From IMG/VR virus record IMGVR_UViG_3300016472_001095: 64,000 nucleotides of DNA, one strand, 5' to 3'. Positions 12,425-20,392 of this stretch are shown piece by piece. The notes beneath the pieces are model-generated. The model had not been told where the DNA came from. It ran no database searches and saw only the letters and a program-made list of their open reading frames with translations. The first letter of the stretch is position 1; each line of letters begins with the position of its first letter. Position numbers and translations under genes: made by a program. The stretch comes from an uncultured virus (IMG/VR IMGVR_UViG_3300016472_001095) (lineage: Duplodnaviria; Heunggongvirae; Uroviricota; Caudoviricetes).

Positions 12425-13312
12425 ATGGCTGATACTATATCAACCATATCAGGTAAAGTAAAATTAAGAACACCTACGCAGGCAGAAGCTTTATCATCCA
12501 GATATACATTTCTAAACTTACAAAACGCAGAACCCAACTTAGGCGTCCCTACCTCACCAGGTACATTAAATGAATACCCCGGAGATCCAGGAATTAGATA
12601 TGCTTTATTATCAAACAATGTAAACGGATTAAGTAGCTGGAGAGTCTGGTCCTATGATAATCCTAAAATTGCAGCCCATAGTATAGAAAATTCTATAGCA
12701 TTAGGTAATAACTCTAATCCGGTAAATACTAACTCTTTAGTTTACAGCAACTACACATATGCACAAAATAATGTATATAATAGTCAATCTTTTAGTGATT
12801 ATTCATTTAATGTATTTGCAGTAAGCGGTATCTATCTATTTGATTCTACAACTATTGGCGATCCTATGAGCGCTACTACATTTATAGTCACAGAAAACGG
12901 GCTTGTAGGGGTAGGTACGGAAAATCCTTCGGTAGCTTTAACAATACAAGGGAGTATTAGTGCTAACGGTAACATTATAACAACCGGAAATGCAAGTCTT
13001 GGTGATACTAAAAACGATTTACAAGTTTTAAGAGGCACTGTAAGAATTGCCGATAGTTTTAGCGCTCCTTTAGTTTTTGGAAACAATAATTCAAGTTTTG
13101 ATACTAACTTATATAGATCGGCTGCAAATGTATTGAGAACCGATGATACTTTTGTTTGTCAAGCATTAAGCACTATAAGCGGGCTAAGTGCAGGATCTAT
13201 AGTTTTAACCAATGCTACTGTAACTAATTTAGTAGCCGCTACAGCAAGCGGTGACTTTCTTTGTATAAATATTAATGGTGTTAACAGAGCACTAAGAATA
13301 TGGGATTATTAA
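12425..13312 (+). CDS. Tail fibre-like protein
   Basis: GLVGVGTENPSVALTIQGSI fibre repeat; DTNLYRSAANVLRTDD motif. Confidence 0.65.
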   Translation: MADTISTISGKVKLRTPTQAEALSSRYTFLNLQNAEPNLGVPTSPGTLNEYPGDPGIRYALLSNNVNGLSSWRVWSYDNPKIAAHSIENSIALGNNSNPVNTNSLVYSNYTYAQNNVYNSQSFSDYSFNVFAVSGIYLFDSTTIGDPMSATTFIVTENGLVGVGTENPSVALTIQGSISANGNIITTGNASLGDTKNDLQVLRGTVRIADSFSAPLVFGNNNSSFDTNLYRSAANVLRTDDTFVCQALSTISGLSAGSIVLTNATVTNLVAATASGDFLCININGVNRALRIWDY

Positions 13313-13313
13313 T

Positions 13314-14759
13314 ATGGGACTTAATATATTAACACAAGATCATAATTTTACAGGTAATGTAAATGTTTTTAGCCTTTCTGCAACAGATAATTTTTCTATA
13401 AGCGGCGCATTAATTTCAAATAAAGATATTATAGTAAATGAACTAACCGTTGGAAAGGGCAATAGTAGTTTATCTGGTAATACAGCATTTGGTATAAATG
13501 CATTAAAAAATGCCCAGCGTACAAGTTCTAATGATTCCCGTGCGTTTGCAGGCATGAATGTAGCTATGGGATATAATGCTCTATCTGCAAATACACAAGG
13601 ATGGCAAAATGTTGCTATAGGTTATAATGCACTTGCAAGAAATCCCGATTCAAGAGAACAAGTTGCAATAGGAGCAGGCACTTTAGGTAAACACACCGGA
13701 GCAGGATATAATGTAGCTGTAGGGCAGTCAGCCATGAACGAATCTACCACCTCTCAGCAAAATACTGTACTAGGGTATGCAGCTATGTACAATAATACAA
13801 CCGGAGGAGGTAATGTTGCTGTGGGGTTTGGTGCTTTATTTAATAATAGTGTAGGCGGTAATAATACTGCACTAGGTAGTAGGTCGCTTTATAATATATG
13901 GAATGGTGCGGGTAATGTAGGAGTAGGAGGCAGCCCATTGATTAATACAAATAATATTACACCTTCACAATTAATTGTGGGTACTAGATATACTATTTCT
14001 GCTATTGGCAGTACAGATTTTACCTTGGTTGGAGCTACAAGCAATACAATAGGTTTAGAATTTATTGCTACCGGGCAAGGTACTGGAACAGGCACGGTTT
14101 ATCTAGGATCTAGTACATCTAATATTAATTTTAATAATGTTGCTGTTGGTAATAATGCTCTAGGAACAAATACCGTTGGTATTAACAACACCGCACTAGG
14201 TCATCAAGCCGGCTATGGTAATAATAGTACTAATGCTAACCTTTCAGGTAATGGTAATATCTTTATAGGATTTAGAGCGCTTGGTGCTGATAGAGGAGAT
14301 AATAACTGTATAGTTATTGGGTCTAGTGCAATAGGTAATGGAAGTAATACCGCTACTTATGGAAACTCTTCTATAACTAATCATATATTTACTGCAGGAA
14401 CTTTAAGTGCAGTAGGAGGTACAAGTGATAATTGGAATAGTTGTTTTAATACCGTTAACAGTATAAGTGCATTTAAGATAGATAATGTAATTTCATCCGA
14501 CTATACGTTTTCTGACTCAGATAACACAAAGACATATCATGTTGATACATCTTCCGGTATATTATCCGGAATTTTTCCAAGTACTCTTTCTAATAATTTT
14601 AGTGTAAATTTAATATTAGTATCTACAAATACATTTGTAGTTTCATCCTCTCAAACCCCTTTATTAAGTTCAAACGGTAACAAAGTAAATCTACCTTTTA
14701 GTTCAGTATTAATTTACAAATATAATAATATTTTATATGGGCTAGGTAATTTTTACTAA
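13314..14759 (+). CDS. Fibre/adhesin with NxAxG beta-roll repeats
   Basis: Many NTAFG/NVAIG/NTALG ~14-aa repeats. Confidence 0.75.
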   Translation: MGLNILTQDHNFTGNVNVFSLSATDNFSISGALISNKDIIVNELTVGKGNSSLSGNTAFGINALKNAQRTSSNDSRAFAGMNVAMGYNALSANTQGWQNVAIGYNALARNPDSREQVAIGAGTLGKHTGAGYNVAVGQSAMNESTTSQQNTVLGYAAMYNNTTGGGNVAVGFGALFNNSVGGNNTALGSRSLYNIWNGAGNVGVGGSPLINTNNITPSQLIVGTRYTISAIGSTDFTLVGATSNTIGLEFIATGQGTGTGTVYLGSSTSNINFNNVAVGNNALGTNTVGINNTALGHQAGYGNNSTNANLSGNGNIFIGFRALGADRGDNNCIVIGSSAIGNGSNTATYGNSSITNHIFTAGTLSAVGGTSDNWNSCFNTVNSISAFKIDNVISSDYTFSDSDNTKTYHVDTSSGILSGIFPSTLSNNFSVNLILVSTNTFVVSSSQTPLLSSNGNKVNLPFSSVLIYKYNNILYGLGNFY

Positions 14760-14775
14760 ATTTTTTTTTATTTAA

Positions 14776-16902
14776 ATGAATGCGTTTAATGCTATAATTA
14801 GTACTAATTCTGGCTCAGTAAAAGACGGATTTTATAGAGATTTTGTTACATATCCGGTTTTAAATACTGGTGTTGGACCAGAAATCACTATAACCCGTGC
14901 TACCACCGCTACTTATTTTAATAGTAGCGGTGAATTAAAAACAGCAGACGTAAATACCCCTAGGTTTGAATATGATTTCCCCCGAGCAAATTTGGTTTAC
15001 AACAGTTCACTATGCGGTGTCAGCATGCCATACTACATCCCTTACATGATATTAGGTATAAATTCTATTAACCCTGCTACCGGATCACAGTATCCTGGTA
15101 AAATTAATAACTTTGATATTAATATAGTTGATACGGGAACAGAAAACGGATTACCATACGTTGATATTTGTCTAAGCGGTGGTCCCAGAGGGTCTCAAAC
15201 TTACGCTGAATTAATGTATTTTCAATATAATCCTAATGACCCCACCGGTCAGCAATTTATAAAAGAAGGTGTAAATCCTGGATCTGTTTACACGATGTCT
15301 GCATATATGAAGCTTTTATCCGGTAACGTCCCTACAGGCGCTACATTCGGATTTTTAGGTAATGGTAATAATTACCAATGTTGTGGTCCGTTTGGCTCAT
15401 CTACATTCAGAACAGGAAGTAAATGGGTTACTTTAACAGATCAATTACAAAGATTTAGCTATCCTAGATGGTTAGACATAACAAACTCTACAGCTTATAA
15501 AACAGCTAGTGCTATGACAAATTTAAGAGTAGGCCTATACATTTTAGGAATTCCTTCAAATTATGTTTTTCCTGAACCGTTTTGTGTTAGAGTAGCTGGT
15601 ATTCAAGTTGAACCGGGGTATGAAGCTACAGACTTTATTCCTACTAATGGAGGTCCGGTATATATTTCTAGACCAAAAGGATTGCTCATAGAGCAACGCT
15701 CTACAAATTTGCTTTCTTTTAGTAATACTTTTAATAGATGGTCACCATGTAATTTAAATGAAACTCTATCTGCAACAAACCTTTCTCCAGAATTATCTGC
15801 TAACGGTTGGTCAATATATGAAAGCACTGGTACCGGGCTTCACTCATTATCAACTACCTTTACACTAACAAACACTACAACAGGTAGTTATACTTTTAGT
15901 TCTTTCTTTAAATTTTTACCAACTTCTTCTGGCAATTCTTCACAGGATCCATATCCAATATCTGCTGGGAGAAGATATGCGTTTTTATCTTTTAAAGGAG
16001 ATGCATTTAACGACGAACAAACCGTTATTTTTGCTTTATCTGGTACAGGTGAAACATATTCACTTAGCGGTAATTCTACTCCCAGTATTAATTACGTCGG
16101 CAATGGGTGGTACAGGTGTTCAATTACAGGCAACGCATTAAACGCTACTACCGATGCAGTTAGATTAGGCCCAGCAAATTCGCTTTTTTCTAATAGTTAT
16201 ACCGGTAGTACATCTAATGGTCTTTTTGTATATGGAGCACAGCTTGAAAATACTTTATCTCCCACTTCATATATACCAACTAATGGTAGTACAGTTATTA
16301 GATCACGTGACGATTTAATGGTATCTCCTATTAGTTCTTTTTTCAATCAAAAAGGCGGTACTATATATGCTGAAGGATCTACACAAACTGAAAGTAATTT
16401 ACCTAGTTTAATTACTTTTGATGATGGAACAAACAAAAAAAGAGTTCAGATTAGAAGAAATAATCAAACAGCTTGTTCATTTTTTTCGGTTATTAGTAGT
16501 AATGAAGTAGGAGATAGAATTATTTTTGGTCCAAAAGGCCCGCCATCTGATCTTATGAGTATATCTTACCCACCATCAGGAGGGCAATACGGGTATACAT
16601 GGACGGGATGGAATGTTGGAACTGATAATAGAAAAATTGCAGCGTTTTACAGTAATGAAGAGCAAGTTGCTACTCAAAATGGTGAGCCATTGACCATTTA
16701 TAATAAGTTAACATCAATAGGATGTCAACCATATTCACCAACATCACCGGGTGGTAATTATGATTTAGATGCGCCTGAAACATTGACACATATGAGATTG
16801 GGTGGAACAGCTAGCGGGGGCGATTTGAACGGGTATTTAAAGAAAGTTAGATATATACCCTACAGATTAAATGATTTATTAATAAAGAATATAACAATTT
16901 AA
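14776..16902 (+). CDS. Spike/fibre protein with duplicated carbohydrate-binding-like module and C-terminal jelly-roll
   Basis: TRATTATYFNSSG...PRFEYD, KGLLIEQRSTNLL, GAQLE...PTSYIPT motifs. Confidence 0.7.
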   Translation: MNAFNAIISTNSGSVKDGFYRDFVTYPVLNTGVGPEITITRATTATYFNSSGELKTADVNTPRFEYDFPRANLVYNSSLCGVSMPYYIPYMILGINSINPATGSQYPGKINNFDINIVDTGTENGLPYVDICLSGGPRGSQTYAELMYFQYNPNDPTGQQFIKEGVNPGSVYTMSAYMKLLSGNVPTGATFGFLGNGNNYQCCGPFGSSTFRTGSKWVTLTDQLQRFSYPRWLDITNSTAYKTASAMTNLRVGLYILGIPSNYVFPEPFCVRVAGIQVEPGYEATDFIPTNGGPVYISRPKGLLIEQRSTNLLSFSNTFNRWSPCNLNETLSATNLSPELSANGWSIYESTGTGLHSLSTTFTLTNTTTGSYTFSSFFKFLPTSSGNSSQDPYPISAGRRYAFLSFKGDAFNDEQTVIFALSGTGETYSLSGNSTPSINYVGNGWYRCSITGNALNATTDAVRLGPANSLFSNSYTGSTSNGLFVYGAQLENTLSPTSYIPTNGSTVIRSRDDLMVSPISSFFNQKGGTIYAEGSTQTESNLPSLITFDDGTNKKRVQIRRNNQTACSFFSVISSNEVGDRIIFGPKGPPSDLMSISYPPSGGQYGYTWTGWNVGTDNRKIAAFYSNEEQVATQNGEPLTIYNKLTSIGCQPYSPTSPGGNYDLDAPETLTHMRLGGTASGGDLNGYLKKVRYIPYRLNDLLIKNITI

Positions 16903-16930
16903 TCTTTTTAAAAATATTTATATATAATCA

Positions 16931-17330
16931 TGGAGCTGGAGGGATTTGAACCCTCGTCTTGAAGAGTTTCATCTATAAGCTCTACAAGTTTATCTTAATT
17001 TAATATTCATAATACTATAATTAAGAAAATTGTATTATATATAGTAATTTTATACGCCTGATACCAATTACCAAAACATTTCAGGTCGAGAACTTGTAAC
17101 ACGCTTTACCTTACCAGCTCTAATCTGCAGTAAAACGATCGAGTTAAACTAACTCGAGTTCAGCTTCTGAATCTACGAAGCCATGCTGTGCAAGGATTGC
17201 ATCAGCCTCTTCAAGACTCATAGCCATGTCGAAGTTTTCTTCGGCATTTAATAGCTTTGCTATTTTATACTGGAATGCCCCAGTACTTGCTCTCATAAAC
17301 CACACCGTTCAATCGAATCCAATCAGCCCC
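16931..17330 (-). ncRNA. ssrA: tmRNA, 400 nt, CCA not encoded
   Basis: 5' GGGGCTGATTGGATTCGA; 3' GACGAGGGTTCAAATCCCTCCAGCTCCA; internal tag ORF 17245-17144 with its stop in a hairpin. Confidence 0.95.
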
Positions 17331-17343
17331 ATGTCAAAGAACA

Positions 17344-17417
17344 TAGCGGGGGTTGGATTTGAACCAACGATCTCCTGGTTATGAGCCAGACGAGTTACCG
17401 GACTTCTCTACCCCGCG
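17344..17417 (-). tRNA. tRNA-fMet (CAT), initiator type
   Basis: CGCGGGG acceptor with C1.U72 mismatch, A11-U24, CTCATAA loop, GTTCAAATC T-arm. Confidence 0.93.
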
Positions 17418-17422
17418 ATAAT

Positions 17423-17455
17423 TACTTATTATACTGGTAGATTTTATACGGTCAA
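17423..17455 (-). promoter_or_regulatory. Overlapping sigma70-like (TTGACC-N16-TATAAT) and late-type (TAAGTA) promoters for tRNA-fMet/tmRNA
   Basis: Motifs read directly; TAAGTA ends 5 nt before tRNA nucleotide 1. Confidence 0.7.
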
Positions 17456-17470
17456 GCAATAAATTTTAAT

Positions 17471-17668
17471 ATGTCAACACCAGCTAAAGCAGGTTCGGGT
17501 GCACCAGGTCATAGAAATTCAAAGCATAGGTATCGTTATTTAGGTGACAAAAAAGTACAACCAGTAATGACAAGAGGTGGAAAAATGATAGGTTATGTTG
17601 ACGGCGAGGCAGTGGTAGACAAAGATGGTAGAGAAATACCTTTTAAAAAAATTGGCGAACTGCGTTAA
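17471..17668 (+). CDS. Small basic hypothetical protein
   Basis: 65-aa ORF, TAAATT-N5-ATG. Confidence 0.6.
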   Translation: MSTPAKAGSGAPGHRNSKHRYRYLGDKKVQPVMTRGGKMIGYVDGEAVVDKDGREIPFKKIGELR

Positions 17669-17859
17669 GCTGTATAATCAATTGTTCTAAAAGCCCATTG
17701 ATCGTATATATAATAAGCTGTTAGCGCAGGGGTTATAGTTTCATCTATTCTCACTGACGTTGTTGCAGGATATGCAGTACTGTCTTTTTGAGTTAAATTT
17801 ATAAAAGATTGATTAAATCTTGTTACCGGTGTGTCAACATATACAACTTGTGTGGCCAT
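17665..17859 (-). CDS. Small hypothetical protein
   Basis: 64-aa ORF, TAAATA-N5-ATG. Confidence 0.65.
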   Translation of the reverse strand: MATQVVYVDTPVTRFNQSFINLTQKDSTAYPATTSVRIDETITPALTAYYIYDQWAFRTIDYTA

Positions 17860-17883
17860 ATTATTATTTATTCTCTCTATACT

Positions 17884-17921
17884 AAAAAAAAAGAGCTCAC
17901 CAGGACATACTGATGAGCTCT
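17884..17921 (-). terminator. Intrinsic terminator downstream of hsp20
   Basis: AGAGCTCATCAG...CTGGTGAGCTC stem followed by a T run; a second hairpin lies at 17936-17958. Confidence 0.85.
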
Positions 17922-17957
17922 AATTAGTTATCGATGAAGGCCCGTGACGCGAGCCTT

Positions 17958-18479
17958 CTATTTAATATCGATAATTTTAGCCTTGGTTTCGACAGGCTTA
18001 ATCTTAGCAATATCGACAACCAACACTCCATCTTGGAATTGTGCATTAACATTATCGTGATCTAGGTTATCACCAAGAGCAAAAGAACGTCTAAATGCAC
18101 TACGTTTCAGTTCTCTGCGAACGTAGGAGCCTTCTTCATGTTCTTCTCTTTTGGCTTGTTTTTGACCCGAGATAGTTAACACACCATCCTTTACGTCAAC
18201 AGTAATTTGATCTTTTTTAAGGCCAGGAATCTCTGCTTCAATAGAGATTCTGTCTTTATGATCAATAATGTCAACTTTTGGATAAGATTCCTTTTCGAAC
18301 AAACCAACACCAAATTCCTTAGATAGACTAGGGAATAAGTCATTGGTTAGTTTATCGAATACCCTATCAAAGGGTGTAAGGAACTCATCTCTTAGCGATG
18401 GCCAGGCATTAAAACCTGGAACTACACGGCCTGTATAAGCTTTACCGCTTTCCACAGGCAGGTCACCATTATTTCCCAT
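17958..18479 (-). CDS. hsp20: Small heat-shock protein (Hsp20/alpha-crystallin)
   Basis: PKVDI...EIPGL...GVLTISG...RE...FRRSFAL...AQFQDGVL; strong AAAGGAGG SD. Confidence 0.95.
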   Translation of the reverse strand: MGNNGDLPVESGKAYTGRVVPGFNAWPSLRDEFLTPFDRVFDKLTNDLFPSLSKEFGVGLFEKESYPKVDIIDHKDRISIEAEIPGLKKDQITVDVKDGVLTISGQKQAKREEHEEGSYVRRELKRSAFRRSFALGDNLDHDNVNAQFQDGVLVVDIAKIKPVETKAKIIDIK

Positions 18480-18603
18480 ATAATTACCTCCTTTCTTTGT
18501 TTACGGCCTTTTAGGTCCGTTATTAGCCACAAATGTGTACTAACAAATGTATTTATATACTATATTTTATTTTTTCAAGGGGTTTATTAATTTTTACGCT
18601 TAG

Positions 18604-18675
18604 AGCCAGAGATCGGATTTGAACCGATAACCCCCTCATTACAAATGAGGCGCACTACCGTTGTGCTACTCTGGC
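18604..18675 (-). tRNA. tRNA-Thr (TGT)
   Basis: Cloverleaf GCCAGAG..., CCTCA-TTTGTAA-TGAGG, GTTCAAATC. Confidence 0.93.
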
Positions 18676-18677
18676 AA

Positions 18678-19271
18678 TTATTTTAACCACACGTAGTTAG
18701 GATCCATTGCTTCAGTATCAAGATAATCCCAAACAATCCAATTATTAGTTCCAAGCCGAGCTTCAAAAAGATTGTGAATAAATGCTTCAAGATCTTTAAG
18801 ATGCCACACATCGTCTAATAATTTATTACCGGTAGTACGCTTTTTGTGCGCAACATGGTCGGCATATGAATAGGCAAACCCCGTAAATGGAGGTATCATA
18901 CAGCCTAACCCAACTAAGTTTCCTAAAATTCTAGAACATACCTCTTTGCCTCCCACTGAATGCATAGTTACAATGGCACCAGCTGGCTTTCCAAGTAAAT
19001 GCTTCTTGCCTTCAATTTGAGTCATTTTTTCAAATAATTGCTGCATAGGTGAACCCCATGAATCCCAATAGGTACCGGTAGTAAAGATTAAAGCATCTGA
19101 GGCTTTAATAGCCCTACGTACCTTAATCCAATCAAACGTGGGGGAAAGGTGTATAACACGTATTTTAGTGCTCGGATCGCGTTTCAAAATAAGCTTTCTA
19201 ACCTTTTGAATAAGGTTATTAGTATTTCCCGTACGCCCTCCAAGAGAACCATTTAAAATAGTAAAAGTCAT
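18678..19271 (-). CDS. NAD(P)H-dependent FMN reductase / flavodoxin-fold protein; start moved to MTFTIL
   Basis: NGS...GNT, SDALIFTTGTYW, LLGKPAGAIVT motifs; the track start overlaps tRNA-Glu. Confidence 0.8.
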   Translation of the reverse strand: MTFTILNGSLGGRTGNTNNLIQKVRKLILKRDPSTKIRVIHLSPTFDWIKVRRAIKASDALIFTTGTYWDSWGSPMQQLFEKMTQIEGKKHLLGKPAGAIVTMHSVGGKEVCSRILGNLVGLGCMIPPFTGFAYSYADHVAHKKRTTGNKLLDDVWHLKDLEAFIHNLFEARLGTNNWIVWDYLDTEAMDPNYVWLK

Positions 19272-19279
19272 ATGTTTAA

Positions 19280-19351
19280 TACCCCGTAGCGGAGTCGAAC
19301 CGCTCTTGCAAGAGTGAAAATCTCGAGTCCTGACCGATAGACGAACGGGGC
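19280..19351 (-). tRNA. tRNA-Glu (TTC)
   Basis: GCCCCGT acceptor, CGAGA-TTTTCAC-TCTTG, GTTCGACTC. Confidence 0.93.
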
Positions 19352-19392
19352 ATATTAACAATATATAGGAATTACAAATTAACTCAAGCTTA

Positions 19393-19539
19393 TTAGCTCC
19401 AGTCGACTAAATGTAACTTCTTGCGTAATAATAATAACTCTTTAATAGTTTTACAATTTTTTATTTTTTGAATAGCTGTTTTTTTGCCTTTTTTATACTG
19501 TTTTAACGTGTGCAAAATACATTCATCAAGCCCGCTCAC
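19393..19539 (-). CDS. 48-aa basic hypothetical protein (not in track)
   Basis: TAAATA-N5-GTG; MSGLDECILHTLKQYKKGKK...LHLVDWS. Confidence 0.5.
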   Translation of the reverse strand: MSGLDECILHTLKQYKKGKKTAIQKIKNCKTIKELLLLRKKLHLVDWS

Positions 19540-19556
19540 CAAAATATTTAGTCAAA

Positions 19557-19970
19557 TTAGTCCCAACTTTGTTTTTTATCACCATAATATTCCCTTGCAT
19601 ATCCATTATCTAATAAAAGTTGTCGTAAACTCTGACCATCAATAATAATATCGCCTAAAACTCTACCTCCAAACTTATCCCACATTATTAAATTAATTTT
19701 TAATTCTTTTGCATTAGTTATTTTCTGCTTTGTAAATTCTGAAGCTTTTAAACCTAATTCGCTTTCATGTTGACTTTTAGCTCTCCATCCTTTTTCAGGT
19801 GTATCAACACCCCAAATACGTAAAAAAAGCTTATCTCCCAGTTCTTTTGGTAGAAAATCTACTTGTACTTCAACTGTATCACCATCTAATACTCTTGTTA
19901 CTTTCCAATTATAAAGTTCTTGTGAATAGACTAGAGAAGTAAGGCACAAAAATAATAGTATTTTTTTCAT
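19557..19970 (-). CDS. Thermonuclease (SNase) family nuclease with signal peptide
   Basis: VLDGDTV, RIWGVDTPE, DKFGGRVL, LLDNGYA; start at MKKILL. Confidence 0.9.
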   Translation of the reverse strand: MKKILLFLCLTSLVYSQELYNWKVTRVLDGDTVEVQVDFLPKELGDKLFLRIWGVDTPEKGWRAKSQHESELGLKASEFTKQKITNAKELKINLIMWDKFGGRVLGDIIIDGQSLRQLLLDNGYAREYYGDKKQSWD

Positions 19971-19972
19971 AA

Positions 19973-20392
19973 TTAAGCGCAAGCTGCCTGATAGTCTTGA
20001 ACTACGTTGCTGTGTAGTTCTTTACCATACTTTAAATCATCTTTTTTTACCGGGCACCTTGATTTTTTCATTAATTCTAATGCCTCATTACGGTTTATAA
20101 ATCTATTTTTATCTGTATAAAAGCCATCTACAAACCTATCGTAATAATTTCCTCTATCTCTAAAATATTCAAACGTTTTTTCGTCTTTTACAGGAAAATC
20201 ATACCCCTCTTCATTATGCATTACGAAAAATGCATCGTAATGACTGTCACCGGTATAAACGTTACCGGTTTTTTTATCAAAAATAGCAGCTGCTATAATA
20301 TTTTCACCCGAGCTAAACGGTGTATAAAGATGTGATTTTTTTATTACCGACGCTTCTAGTAGAATGGCGTCTACTAGTTTATCGAATTTCAT
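19973..20392 (-). CDS. Hypothetical protein with putative capsid-targeting leader
   Basis: MKFDKLVDAILLE leader; GFYTDKNRFINRNEA motif common in phages. Confidence 0.65.
   Translation of the reverse strand: MKFDKLVDAILLEASVIKKSHLYTPFSSGENIIAAAIFDKKTGNVYTGDSHYDAFFVMHNEEGYDFPVKDEKTFEYFRDRGNYYDRFVDGFYTDKNRFINRNEALELMKKSRCPVKKDDLKYGKELHSNVVQDYQAACA

Noticed and set aside
18522..18544. CIRCE operator upstream of hsp20
   Set aside because: TTAGCCAC-N4-GTGTACTAA lacks the N9 spacer and the GCACTC/GAGTGC arms; better read as an RNA hairpin
16931..19351. tmRNA or tRNA 3' ends as prophage attachment sites
   Set aside because: No duplicated 3' fragment or integrase seen; both flanks are phage-like
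19272..19361. N-terminal 30 aa of the track ORF 18678..19361
   Set aside because: This is the tRNA-Glu gene translated
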